From Octopus vulgaris (lineage: Eukaryota), in contig OX597835.1 of assembly GCA_951406725.2 (NCBI GenBank), positions 14,322,001 to 14,386,000 on the forward strand: a stretch of 64,000 bases of DNA, given 5' to 3'. Below the pieces are notes generated by a model. That model had not been told where the DNA came from. It was given only the letters and a program-made list of their open reading frames with translations, and ran no database searches. Shown one piece after another: positions 12,602 through 26,630 of the stretch. Numbering within the stretch: position 1 is the stretch's first letter; every line of letters begins with the position of its first letter. The position numbers and the translations under genes were made by a program.

Positions 12602-12956
12602 AGGCGCAATGGCCCAGTGGTTAGGGCAGCGGATTCGCGGTCGTAGGATCGCAGTTTCGATTCCAAGACCGGGCGTTGTGAGTGTTTATTGAGCGAAAAC
12701 TCCTAAAGCTCCACTAGGCTCCGGCAGGAGGTCGTTGCGAATCCTGCTTTACTATTTCACCACAACTTTCTCTCACATTTTCTTCCAGTTTCTGCTGGAC
12801 CTGTATTTCAAAGGGCCAGCCTTGTCACACTCTGTGTCATGTTGAATCTCCCCGAGAACTACGTTAAGGGTACACTTGCACTTTAAATTGACGAACAAGC
12901 TGCTGCGTTAATCAGATCAAATGGAACCTTTGTCGTCGTAACCGACGGAGTGCCAC
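12600..12956 (+). mobile_element. SINE family A
   Basis: A box TGGCCCAGTGG, B box GTTTCGATTCC, tail CGTAACCGACGGAGTGCCAC. Lies within (TA)n. Confidence 0.9.
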
Positions 12957-12964
12957 AATGCATA

Positions 12965-13013
<49 letters not shown>

Positions 13014-13083
13014 CAGATAGGACTTGCTTTCTATATTGTGTCCACATACAAATTTCCCTTTGTTTAACGAATATATATAACGA

Positions 13084-13121
<38 letters not shown>

Positions 13122-13128
13122 ATATGTC

Positions 13129-13467
13129 AAGGTGCATGGCTCAGTAGTTAGAACGTCGAGCTTACGATCGTGAGGTTGTGAGGTCGAATCCCCCGAACCG
13201 GGCTGCGTGTTGTGTTCTTTTAGCAAGACACTTTATTTCACGTTGCTCCAGTTTACTCAGCTGTAGAAATGAGTTCTGGCGTCACAGGTGCCAGGCTGTA
13301 TCGGCCCCTTTGCCTTTCTCTTGGATAACACTGGTGGCGTGGAGAGGGGAGTCCGATATGCATGGGCGACTGCTGGTCTTCCATAAACAACCTTGCTCAG
13401 ACTCGTGCCTGGGAGGGTAACTTTCTAGGTTCAATCCCATGGTCTATGTCTTGGCCGAAGGGGTCTC
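13129..13467 (+). mobile_element. tRNA-derived SINE family D
   Basis: TGGCTCAGTAG A box, GGTCGAATCC B box, tail GAAGGGGTCTC. Homologous to 35816-36136. Confidence 0.85.
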
Positions 13468-13470
13468 AGA

Positions 13471-13520
<50 letters not shown>

Positions 13521-13522
<2 letters not shown>

Positions 13523-13828
13523 CTGTAAATGTAATATGTGACAATTATTCGGTAGCCATGATAAAACTTCGAGTTTCGGATGTTGGGGTGGAAATCCACG
13601 CCGCCATCTTATCAGTTATTCGTTAAACAAAGGGAAATTTGTATGTGGACACAATATAGAAAGCAAGTCCTATCTGTAATTTCGGGGTGACCAAAAATGT
13701 AACAAATATTTAGCCACGTTTGGGCATGATTCGAAAAGTTCAGTTCTTGAATTCAGACAAGTAGTGGGGTCTAAGCTGCTTTTCCAGATGAGCCATTTTT
13801 CCATATCACAAAGACCGCACTTTCCACT
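13521..13828 (-). mobile_element. Penelope-like element 3' end (C-terminus of GIY-YIG region plus 3' tail)
   Basis: 13828-13670 reads SGKCGLCDMEKWLIWKSSLDPTTCLNSRTELFESCPNVAKYLLHFWSPRNYR*, matching the PLE motif CxLCxxEKxxI...LNxRxE...C. Confidence 0.8.
13561..13619 (-). ncRNA. Degenerate type I hammerhead ribozyme in PLE tail
   Basis: ATAA-CTGATAA-GATG...CATC-C-GAAA-CT-CGA-AG-T-T-TTAT. G8 is substituted and there is one extra C. Confidence 0.55.
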
Positions 13829-13956
13829 GTTTCTTTCTGTGTTCTTTTCTAGGCTCGAAACGTTAAAGACTTTTTCACTTCCCGAGCATTAAACTAATAC
13901 ATCTGTTTGTTGTCTGCACCACCGGTCTTCGTCTCTTGATTTTTTTTGTGAATTAT

Positions 13957-13960
<4 letters not shown>
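13829..13960 (+). mobile_element. Second copy of the short (TA)n-associated element
   Basis: Homologous to 9530-9675, ends in (TA)n, joined head-to-head to the PLE fragment. Confidence 0.7.
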
Positions 13961-14013
<53 letters not shown>

Positions 14014-14120
14014 CATACATACACTCACACACACGCATACATACATGCAAGCATACACACATACATACATACATACATACATACATACATACATACATAC
14101 ATAATACATACATACATACA

Positions 14121-14187
<67 letters not shown>

Positions 14188-14680
14188 TATAAACTGAGTT
14201 AGTAGCCACACAGAGACGTAAATAACTACATCCATCCACTCATACACACATACACATGTGTATATATACACACACACAAACACACACTCACATGTATGCA
14301 CACGCATACACGGAAACAGAAGCCATACATCGTCGTAAATGACTACACACACATACACACACATGCACACACATATCCACACATACGCACACATACACAC
14401 ACACATACTCACACATATGCACACACATACACACACATGCACATACATACACACATACACATGTATACACATACACATACATACACACGTGCACACACAT
14501 ACAGACATATACACACAAGCATACACACACATACACACATACATACATACGTACACACACATACACACACATACACACACGCACACATACATACATACAC
14601 ACACGCACACACACATACATACACACACATATATACACACGTACACATACACACACGCACGCACACATACGCACACACAT
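13960..14680. repeat. (TA)n/(CATA)n/(CA)n compound microsatellite
   Basis: Directly visible. Confidence 0.9.
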
Positions 14681-14817
14681 CCACCACAGAAAATGTTGCG
14701 CATTAGCCACATATTCCTTCCCTTGTACATAACAACAATCTTTAAAAAAAAGAAAAGAAAAGCAATAACAATCAACAAAGAACAAAGCAGGATTACAACA
14801 ATAAGAATAATAATAAC

Positions 14818-14875
<58 letters not shown>

Positions 14876-15090
14876 GTGAAGCCATTATTTAATGTTACAC
14901 GAGTTAAATATTTCTTAGAAAATCTCTATTCTGTCGTTTATTGCAAATCATTACAATAAATTTATATATATACATGCGCGCGTGTATGTGTGTGTAAACG
15001 TGTATATATATGCATATATAATTATACACACACACATATATTTATGTATGCATATATGTCCATATAATGTGTGTATTAATCTATCTATCG

Positions 15091-15126
<36 letters not shown>

Positions 15127-15192
15127 AGAGAGAGAGAGAGAGAGAGAGACTTCTATGTGTATATATGCATATACATACATGCTGTGTGTATG

Positions 15193-15237
<45 letters not shown>

Positions 15238-15424
15238 CCAGGAAATATAATTCTTGTATTTGGCTGTTCTATAGTTTTCGGAATTCCCCCACCCCCACCC
15301 ACCCCTCATCCATTTGATAATTCCATTATCTCTGTAGCAGTTCTTACCGTTTGCTCCTCTTGGAAGAGAAAAATTATATTACGTCACATTCCATAACTTG
15401 TGGAGGCGACGGCGGAGGTGTTGG

Positions 15425-15459
<35 letters not shown>

Positions 15460-15794
15460 GTGGTGGTGATGCTGATTATGGTGGTGGCAGTGTTGTTGTT
15501 ATTGTTATGGCGAATGCTGCACATAATTGAAGTGTTAATTGTGAGAGAGAGAGAGAGAGATAGAGAGTGGATGATATCTTCAAGTCGAAATCCTGGTCTT
15601 AATGCTTGTAACAAAATGGGGTCTACTAAAGCTACTCAACATGTCCTGGTTTTCAAATAATACAGTTAACACGAGAGGTGGCGTAATATCATCGAAAGAC
15701 AGACTCTTTTTCCACATCCTATATAAACTTGGTGACAGTTTTAAGTCTGCCATCCAAGCAATTAAGATTACAACCCCAAGATTTTCTCGAGCAC

Positions 15795-15942
15795 TCTTTA
15801 CTCTTTTACTCTTTTACTTGTTTCAGTCATTTGACTGCGGCCATGCTGGAGCACCGCCTTTAGTCGAGCAAATCGACCCCGGGACTTATTCTTTGTAAGC
15901 CCAGTACTTATTCTATCGGGCTCTTTTTGCCGAACCGCTAAG
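15795..15942 (-). mobile_element. SINE-B 3' fragment
   Basis: CTCTTTTACTTGTTTCAGTCATTTGACTGCGGCCATGCTGGAGCACC. Confidence 0.9.
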
Positions 15943-16239
15943 TGTTTATTTTTTTTTTTTTTTGGTGTTTGAAACAAAAAAGCGGTCAGACTGTAGCAAT
16001 ATTGTAATTTACGTTATGCGTTCTTCTTTTTCTGTATGAACTTTTCGATATTTGATTTTCAAGAATACCTGATAGGGACGAATTATTTGTTGTTGCAGTG
16101 TAAGTATATTATTTGATGTTCTTATTATGACATAGTATGGTAGGCGTGGTTGTTTCGTTTTCTGTTTAAACTACTAATTTACTCTGCGTAAACAATATTC
16201 TGCTGTTAGTTACGCTGTTTATCTTGGATACATTATTTG

Positions 16240-16876
16240 CCAATTTTCTGTTCTTTTTTTTCAGTGCTTTATTGCTTTTTGTTTGTTCTTTGTTTTGTGC
16301 TTAGTTTTATTTCGTTTTTGCATAGTTTTGAAGTATTGTGTTTGAGATTGGCTCTGGTTTTTATAAGGTTAGTTTGTAAATGTTTTTTTATTGCCTTTTG
16401 GGATGTGTTTTCTACGATGCACCTATAATTATTTTTCTTGAATGTATGTACTACATTCAACAACAATGGTGGTTGTGGTGTTGTCTAATTCAATTTATTT
16501 GCTTTTGTTTTAGTTGTATATCGTACCATTGTTTATTTTCATGTTTGTAAACGTGTTTTTTAATTGTGATGAAAGGTGAAGTGGCTGTGTTGTGATGAAA
16601 GGTGAACCGAAGAAAGGTTAGGATTTGTTTGCCACGTGACTGTGGTAGTTAGGTGTAAGGAGCAGAAGGTAATACTCGAGGAACACTTGTAGTTGGTTTG
16701 GTCAAGTTTGTATCGCTGTTGATTACTTGCGGGGGTTGGTGGTCTATCTTTCTATAATTTTACATCACCTCTCATGTTATCTGTATTATTTGTAAACCAA
16801 GGCATGTCGTATGCGTTGAAGTCTTCTCCAATTACTATGTTTTGCGAGAGTGTTAATGTGTTATATCTGGTGGAGG
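16240..16876 (-). mobile_element. Degenerate LINE apurinic-like endonuclease (APE) domain
   Basis: Minus strand reads NIVIGEDFNAYDMPWFTNNTDNMRG (GDFNA-like) at ~16850-16765 and ITFCSLHL...WQTNPNLSSVH (SDH-like) at ~16600, with KHIPKG downstream. Frameshifted. Confidence 0.65.
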
Positions 16877-17249
16877 TGACTTGGAGGGATTAGTTTGGTA
16901 GAATCGTTAGAACGTCGGACAAAATAGTTCGTGGCATTTCTTTCGGCTCTTTACATACTGAGTTCAAATCCCACCGTTATCAACTACCAATCACGCTTCC
17001 TCACAGAACTGCTGGTTGTGTGAGAAAATCAGAAACAGTTATGTAAAGGTATTTAGTGTTCTGGGCTTTTATTTATTTTCAGACATTGCTTTTCCAGTGT
17101 TGCGTGATCATATCTCGAATATTGTTATGTTTGTAATTCTTCAAAACTGCAGTATTTTTGTCCCTGTATTCTTAATACATCTGTCGTTTCTGTTCTGTCT
17201 TACGTCTGATCTGCCTTATGTCTGTTATGTTCAGTCTTATGTCCACATA

Positions 17250-18070
17250 TATATTGTGCGGTCTCATTAAATCTGTCCCGGCATCACATAGCAACTCATC
17301 TGCAACGCAGTCAAAGCTTTGGTGAAGTATGCATACACTCAAGCGGGCGCATTCTTTTGCTTGGTATCAATTCAATTAATTACATAGAAAACTGTAACAA
17401 ATAATCCGAAGAATCCGTATCGTATCTGCCATCCAAATAAGGAATTTACACGTATCAGAGTATGGAAAGATATTAAATTAAACTTCTTAGAAAAACTCAT
17501 GAATATAAATTTATAAATTTGGATTACTTCACAAAGATTTTTCGGTGAGTAATCTGAAGCAAGTGTATTGATAAGAAAATTACACACTATTTAGAAGTAA
17601 GAATCTTTGAAGACAAGAATCTAAGAAAGCGAACCGGAGTGAAAGTATATAAGGCTTCTGCTGGAATAATGCTTCTGAATTAAAGTTAAATATCAATCTC
17701 TTACAACAGATACATCAAAGTTGTTGGTAATTTCCATAAAATTCCGAATGTTTCCATTGAAGACAATTGAGCAAACCTCAATGCATTTGAAGCAGAAATT
17801 CCCTGTAATATTGGATGAAGAACTCGTTTTCGTGACCGAAGACTAAATTAAGCTCCTATTGACGAGGTTTTCCATATGTGTTCTTTCAATCAAGTAATCT
17901 ATTCTTTAGATAAATTACATATAAACACCGGTAGCTGAATAACTCTTCGAAAGATTATGTCTGCGGTATCTTCAGGCCATAATTATTCTACATTAAGCGA
18001 AGGAAACGGAAACACGAGGAAGACGAGAAAAACGAACCAACCAGAGATTCAAAGAAGGGACTTTAAGGAT
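17250..18070 (+). mobile_element. Highly degenerate RTE-clade LINE 3' region
   Basis: 17591-17656 reads LEVRIFEDKNLRKRTGVKVYKA, resembling the RTE LxxRVW...TKxxVYxA motif. The rest is disrupted. Confidence 0.4.
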
Positions 18071-18184
18071 GGTAAGTCACCTTAGAAGTAGTCACGACAT
18101 CTATATCTACGGTGGTATCTGCAGTGTCAGCACATCTGTTATGTTATTACAACTGAACTGTAATTACGACCGAACAGTAATGAC

Positions 18185-18722
18185 GTGGGCGCGTGGACTA
18201 GCGGTTAGGGTGTTGAATTCATGATTGCGAGATCGTGATTTCGATTCCAGACCGAGCTGTGCGTTATGTTCTTGAGCTAAAGAATTAATCTCACGTTGCA
18301 CTTTACAACGTGCACTTGTAAAGACAATATTGATTTCTTAGCACGCCGGACAAATTGCTTAGTGACATTTCGTTCGTCTTCACGTTCTGAGTTCAAATTC
18401 CGCCGAGGTCGGCTTTGCCTTTTATCCTTTCGGGATCGATAAAATAAGTAGCAGCCATGTACTTAGGTCGATGTAATCGATTCCCCCTACCTTCAATAAA
18501 TGCTGGCCCAGAGCCAAAACCTGAAGCTATTATTACTAAGGCGGCAAGTTGGCCGAATCGTTAGCACGCCGGGCAAAATTCTTAGCGGCGTTTTGTCCAT
18601 CTTTACATTCTGGGTTGAATTTCTGCCGAGGCCGATTTTGCCTTGCATTCTTTTGAGGTCAATAAAATTAGTACCAGTTGAGCACTGGTATTGATGTAAT
18701 GGACTTTGGACCAAAATTTGAA
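18185..18722 (+). mobile_element. Cluster: SINE-D-like head plus two SINE-C copies
   Basis: GGCGCGTGGACTAGCGGTTAGG head; TTAGCACGCCGG...GAGTTCAAATTCCGCCGAGGTC at ~18340 and a similar copy at ~18560. Confidence 0.75.
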
Positions 18723-19097
18723 ATCATTACTATCATTATAATTACTGCTTAATGACACAATTATATTATAGGCCGGTATTATGCACGAAAACTTACAGCG
18801 ATACGAGTAATGCATTTCTCATTTACCGTGCTGTGGATTACGACCTCGTGCAATCGGTTTCTGATTTATTTGGTCAATCTATCTAATCCAATCCAGTATA
18901 ATGAATGAAACGATGGGAAGGAGGATGTTGCTTAGTTCTGCTATTTTTGTCTTCTTTTGTTATCAATTTGGTATAATATCGTCAAAGATATCTGAATATA
19001 GGGATAAAAAGCAGCATATTCAAGCATAAAATTCCCTCAAATAACAGAGAGAAAGAGGATTGTGGTCGTATCACCCTACACGTTATGCTTATCTAAA

Positions 19098-19697
<600 letters not shown>

Positions 19698-20667
19698 GGA
19701 TAAATATAGTTATTTTAGAAAGCTTTCTTTACTCACCTCCTTTTCCTTTTTTTATTTTAATTCTTTTTACTGTCTTTTTAAATCACATTATACAAAGAAT
19801 ATATTGTATTGTCGGAAATAATTCCAAGCTTGAAATTGGTTTGGATTGTAAGTTAAAAAGAATATTGGAAATATGAAGCAAAGAACAAAAAGAAAATTCT
19901 TCAGCATTGGCAAAAATGTTGACGATTTTTTTTGATTTTTTTTTAATTGTTGTTAGTTTGTGCTTATCTTTTATTAATAACTTTATTATTCTTTAATCGA
20001 TTTGGCATCGACTCCTTTCTTTTGTTATGGCAAGCAGAAGACCCAAAGTTCTTTCGGTTTTTCTTCGTTTTTTTTTTTTCTGTTTCTCTCTGATTAGTTT
20101 CTGCTCCTTCAAAAGTAGTAACGAGCTGTCTGTTTATCACCTGCAGTGAGATTGCGGCTTAATGCCTCTCCGAACAACTAAATAAATAAATAAATAAATA
20201 AACAAAAACAACAACAGCAGCAACAATGACAAAAGCAAAAAAAAAAAAAAAAACCACGAACTTTACGGTTTATAATGTAACGTGCGGACTAACTATACTT
20301 TGGTTGATCTCTAGAGAAATTTTGTTTCCTTTTTTCTGTACCTTTAATATTCTCGTAAAAATATAAAAAAAGAGAAAAAAGGGAAAAAACTGAAGGAAAA
20401 AATGAACAAGATCAATATTGGTAAGCATGAAAATGGTTGAAGGTTTTTTTTTGTTATTGTTTTTTGTAGTATTTTTTCTTTTTTTTTCTTTTCTGTATAC
20501 AACACCATTCAATCAATAATTATTGCTCGAATATATGACTTGAAAAAAAAACAAATAAAAAAACAAAAATAAAAAACAAAAACAAAACACAGAAGACAAA
20601 ATAGAAATGAAAAGGAAAAAGAACATGCTCTCTGTGGTCCATTAATGCATTCTTCGGAAAGACTGTG

Positions 20668-20761
20668 TACATACATACATACATACATACATACATACAT
20701 ACATACATACATACATACATACATACATACATACATACATACGTACATACATACATACATA

Positions 20762-20823
<62 letters not shown>

Positions 20824-20964
20824 TATGTATGCATTATATATGTGTGTGTGTCCCTCCTGCTAAATATATAATATATATATATATATATATATTCATATTT
20901 ATATACACATATATATATATATATATATATAAATGTATATAGACATATATATGTGTATATATAC

Positions 20965-21002
<38 letters not shown>

Positions 21003-21110
21003 CACACATATGTATGTATATATATATATATACATACATATATTTCAAAATAAATATATATATATATGTATATATGTGTATACATATATATATATATATG
21101 TATATATGTG

Positions 21111-21162
<52 letters not shown>

Positions 21163-21177
21163 TGTGTGTGTGTACAA

Positions 21178-21212
<35 letters not shown>

Positions 21213-21230
21213 TACACACACACACATACA
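20668..21230. repeat. (CATA)n/(TA)n/(CA)n compound microsatellite
   Basis: Directly visible. Confidence 0.95.
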
Positions 21231-21739
21231 ACAAGAATCGTGTACATGGTAGAGGAATTAAATCAGGAAAAGAGGGAGAACTGAATGAATGTAACGCTTT
21301 TCTTTCATAAAATATTTCCTTCTCGAGCAACAAGAGGGCGTGTTGGCGGGAGAGAGCTTTTCATGCTATAACACAGGATTATAATCTGCTTCGCTTTAAA
21401 GCAAGATATTTACTCACCTTTCAGGTTGCACTTTTCTTCGGTTTGTAGAAGCGTGATCAGCGATGGGGGAGAAGGGAGTAATCGAAAAATATAGCTACAC
21501 ATATTCAATGAGTAAAAAGGGAGATTAGCTAGTGATACGATGTGATGAAAAGGTATGTGTATATGTGTATGTGTGTATATATATATGTGTGCGTATATAT
21601 ATGTATGTGTATATGTGATATGGAGCATAATATTACAGATTATGGAAGCTGGGCATCCACATTGGAGAGAGAAAAAAAAGGAAGATTTAGTATATAGAAA
21701 TGTCAAGTACGGAATACTTCAAAGTATAGCTTTTCTCTC

Positions 21740-22554
<815 letters not shown>

Positions 22555-22699
22555 CCATCTGTATATATCTCTACACACGTGCTGTGCATGTGCTTGTGTG
22601 TATGTCCATGTTCGGGCATGTGTTCATACCTGTTATATGTTTATAGGTATATTTCTTTATACGTGTATGTACACACACGTACTCATACAGGTATGTATT

Positions 22700-22793
22700 G
22701 TGGCACTCCGTCGGTTGCGACGATGAGGGTTCCAGTTGATCCAATCAACGGAACAACACGCTCGGGAAATTAACGTGCAAGTGGCTGAACACC
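22700..22793 (-). mobile_element. SINE-A tail fragment
   Basis: GTGGCACTCCGTCGGTTGCGACGATGAGGGTTCC. Confidence 0.85.
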
Positions 22794-22845
22794 CTGTGTG
22801 TGTATGTGTGTGAGTGTGTGTGTGTGTGTGTGTGTGCGTGCGCGC

Positions 22846-22887
<42 letters not shown>

Positions 22888-22999
22888 AGTGAAAGAGAGA
22901 GGAGATTATGGCCGCAGCTCGTGAGGTGAAACTAGTTAAAGAAATAAATGTATGATATATACATAGAAGAAAATTTGAGAACGAATTTTTTGTCTTCAT

Positions 23000-23776
23000 G
23001 TGGGCCTTTATGAATATTCAAAATACTGGAAGAATAGCCCCTTTTGTCTTCATACAGGCCCCTATGCCTTTCATAATCTCAAACTTGAATCCCCTAATTA
23101 ACTAGGAGCCACCTTAAACTCTTACACACAAATAGTCAACCCTCAAACCCACTCGACCCCACATTCCATAATAATGCACTTTGCGCATACATAGGGCCCC
23201 TTCTAGCACTAAGAACTTCCTAAACTCTAGCAATAAAATAATTATTAGCCAAAATACATTTTTAAGCCATCCCATCTAGTCCGATAAAAATTTGGTATGA
23301 GTTAGCTCCTTTTTCACCCTGTTAGAGCTCCCCCCCTTCACCTACACCGCCGGTGATAATCCACTGCAGAATATAAACAAATTGAATACACACGTGCGAA
23401 AAAAATGTGCTTAATCAAACTAGGAACCCCACACCTAAATAGCACTCATCCACCTCTAATTACCCAATGAAACTAACCAGTCTACCACAATCAAACCTCT
23501 ACCCAACGAATTTACCAGCGCAAGAACAAAATTCAATGTAAGACTTACTACCCTTGTTTATATTACCATCACATGTGTATCAATTATTTTCGCATCCTAA
23601 CCGCTGCATCTATCTATATTCACATTCTGAAGAGATTGACTTAAACCAGTAAATCGAAACGATCGTAAATGCTACCGTTATCTCTGCTTCCTCCTTTGTT
23701 ATCTAATTAAGTTAAAGAAGGCATACCAGCGAAAACCATGAGTTTCTCCTTGTTATTACACCCATATTCTTCTCCT
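23000..23776 (+). mobile_element. Degenerate Penelope-like element 3' part (GIY-YIG remnant plus hammerhead), ending in (TA)n
   Basis: AYIG at 23185-23196, then KYIF-like and YTAG..CRI-like remnants across frameshifts. Hammerhead at 23623-23671. Confidence 0.55.
23623..23671 (+). ncRNA. Minimal type I hammerhead ribozyme, intact core
   Basis: Stem I CATT/AATG; CTGAAGA 23627-23633; stem II GATT/AATC; GAAA 23656-23659; palindromic stem III ACGATCGT; GUA cleavage triplet at 23665-23667. Confidence 0.8.
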
Positions 23777-24629
23777 ATATATATATATATATATATATGG
23801 ATAATCTTTTAACTTTTACTTCTTTTAGTCATCAGATTGCGAATGAATTCACTGCAGCTTTTTAAAACCTGATACTTATTATATAAATTACTTTAGCCGA
23901 ACCGCTAAGTTACTGGGGTGCAAACATACCAACAACTATTGTCAGGCGGCGTTGGGGAACAAACACACACACACACACTCACACACACACACATACACAC
24001 GCAAACACATCGTTTCCAAGCGATATTTTGTCAACCATATCGATCACAGAACTTGTTTCAGTCACATAGTTATAATGCTAAAATCTTTTTATAAGAATGC
24101 GAAGTTACGCATTTATATAATAAACTAACCGCCACAAGTGACCAATCGATTTACACCACTAAAAATAGCAGGAACTCTAATCCCTCACAAATTCGTAATA
24201 ATTAAACGTAACAGAGATGAAAATCTTTTTAATACGCTTCATTTTGCATAACATACGTATCGTAACAGAATAGTGTTCATTAACTCCTGACAAAGCTACG
24301 TTTCTCTAGGCATCCTGGGTATTGCAGAATCGACGTTAAAACGTCTTCAGGGGAAAGATTAGAAAGAATGAGATACACAAATTGCTGCCAATGATGTAAA
24401 CATTGATCGGTGGCAGACGAACTTTTAGGAGAGTAACGGAATCTTCCCTACAATAAATCTATTCCTGTGAGTGTAAATCTAATTACAAACAGAAGTCAAA
24501 CAACATGCTGCCCCCGAAATTAAAGAAAAGCATTCAATTACGATAGTGATTGTTGAACTTTAAACGTTGTAAATAAATTAATGAATTTTCCAGTTGATTT
24601 GAAAGATATACATAAAGACCGCTTGCTGT

Positions 24630-24669
24630 TATATACGCATACATATACACACAAACATAAATACGTATG

Positions 24670-24701
<32 letters not shown>

Positions 24702-24713
24702 TATATATATGTA

Positions 24714-24755
<42 letters not shown>

Positions 24756-24955
24756 CATACATACATATATATATATATACATATATATATATACATGTAT
24801 ATATACATATATATATATACGTGTGTGTGTATATCTGTATGTATATATATATATGTATGTATGAATGTACGTATGTTCGTATGTATGTATGAATGTATAT
24901 GCATGGATGCAGGTATGTATGTATCTCTCTCTCCTCCTCTCTTTCTCTGTATATA

Positions 24956-24990
<35 letters not shown>

Positions 24991-25018
24991 CATGTGGTGA
25001 GTGTGCGTGCGTACGTGC

Positions 25019-25072
<54 letters not shown>

Positions 25073-25689
25073 GTGTGTAAAAGGACTATAGTGCATTTTT
25101 CCAAAATTTTACTGGTGGAAATCATTAAAAAAATTACAAAACAAACAAAAAAAAAGAAAGAAAATAATTGCCATGTTTATGGTTTCTGCTATTCTCATTC
25201 CAGGAATTGGATTGCGGCCATGTTAGGACAGCGCCTCTACATGTTTAATCGATCAAATTGAACCAAGTATTTAATTAATTGACCCTTATTTGTCCAACCA
25301 GTACGTTACGGATGTATAGTCACAAAATATTAAGCACAGAAACTTGGAGAACACAAACACACATACACGCATACATACATACATACATACATACATACAC
25401 ACACATATGTATACACACACATATATATATACACGCATACATACATACATACATACATACATACATACATACATACATACATACATACACGCATACATAC
25501 ACGCATACATACACGCATACATACATACATACATACATACGTACATACACGCATACATACATACATACATACATACATACATACACACATACATACATAC
25601 ATACACACATACACACATACATACATAAACGCATACATACATACATACATACATACATGCATACATACATACATACATACATACATACA

Positions 25690-25722
<33 letters not shown>

Positions 25723-25724
25723 GC

Positions 25725-25755
<31 letters not shown>

Positions 25756-25810
25756 CACACACATATGTATACACACACATATATATACATGCATACATAT
25801 ATACATACAC
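24630..25810. repeat. Compound (TA)n/(TG)n/(CATA)n microsatellites with a short unique spacer
   Basis: Directly visible. Confidence 0.9.
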
Positions 25811-25916
25811 GATAAGCATATCTAGAGAAATATGGCTATGATCTTCTTGATATTTTCTATTATCCAGTGTAGTACTCACTCACTGCTTCATTCTCTGTCT
25901 CTGCTTCGTATATGTG

Positions 25917-25959
<43 letters not shown>

Positions 25960-25966
<7 letters not shown>

Positions 25967-26326
25967 AAATCCGTTCTGTCTGTCTGTCTGTGGGTCTTCT
26001 AGGATCTCGGGCATCCGCCACCCGATTGCGCTCAAATTTGATATGTAGATATCGACAGTATCAGGGCGTGTATAAGTCTTGAAAAAAATTACAAAAATCG
26101 ATTCCAGATGAGAATGCGATCGATAAAACCGCGGGAACGTGCATTTGTGCGCGCAAGTACATCAGCTGTTGCGATCGATACTACACGTACGCGAGAAAAT
26201 TGCATATGCAGTTTGCGCAAAAAAATGGGATGGTCGGACAAGTTGTTTTGAGAAAATATGGTTTAATTGTTTGACAACTCAGCACCGTCCATTGGACGGG
26301 TGGGGGGTGGGAGGGCGTTTTGCTAG
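25960..26326 (+). mobile_element. Non-autonomous Helitron
   Basis: 5' TATATAAAA..(CTGT)n; 3' hairpin CCGTCCA-T-TGGACGG; terminal CTAG at 26323-26326 followed by T. Confidence 0.7.
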
Positions 26327-26359
<33 letters not shown>

Positions 26360-26550
26360 CGAACTCTGGACCTTAAGATCGTGAGCTGAATACCCTAACC
26401 ATTGAGCCTCGTGCCTTATCCTCTCTCTGTCCCTCTCTCCACACTCTCTCTCTCTTCTCTCTCTCACACACACACTCGTACACATATGCCATATGTAGAG
26501 AATTTAATACATGTACGTGTATGTATATACACACGCACACACACGCACAC

Positions 26551-26625
<75 letters not shown>

Positions 26626-26630
<5 letters not shown>

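Larger units (their letters stand above)
13010..13680. repeat. Perfect 64-bp inverted repeat (13010-13073 versus 13617-13680)
   Basis: ATTACAGATAGG...TTTAACGAATA and its exact reverse complement. Confidence 0.95.
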
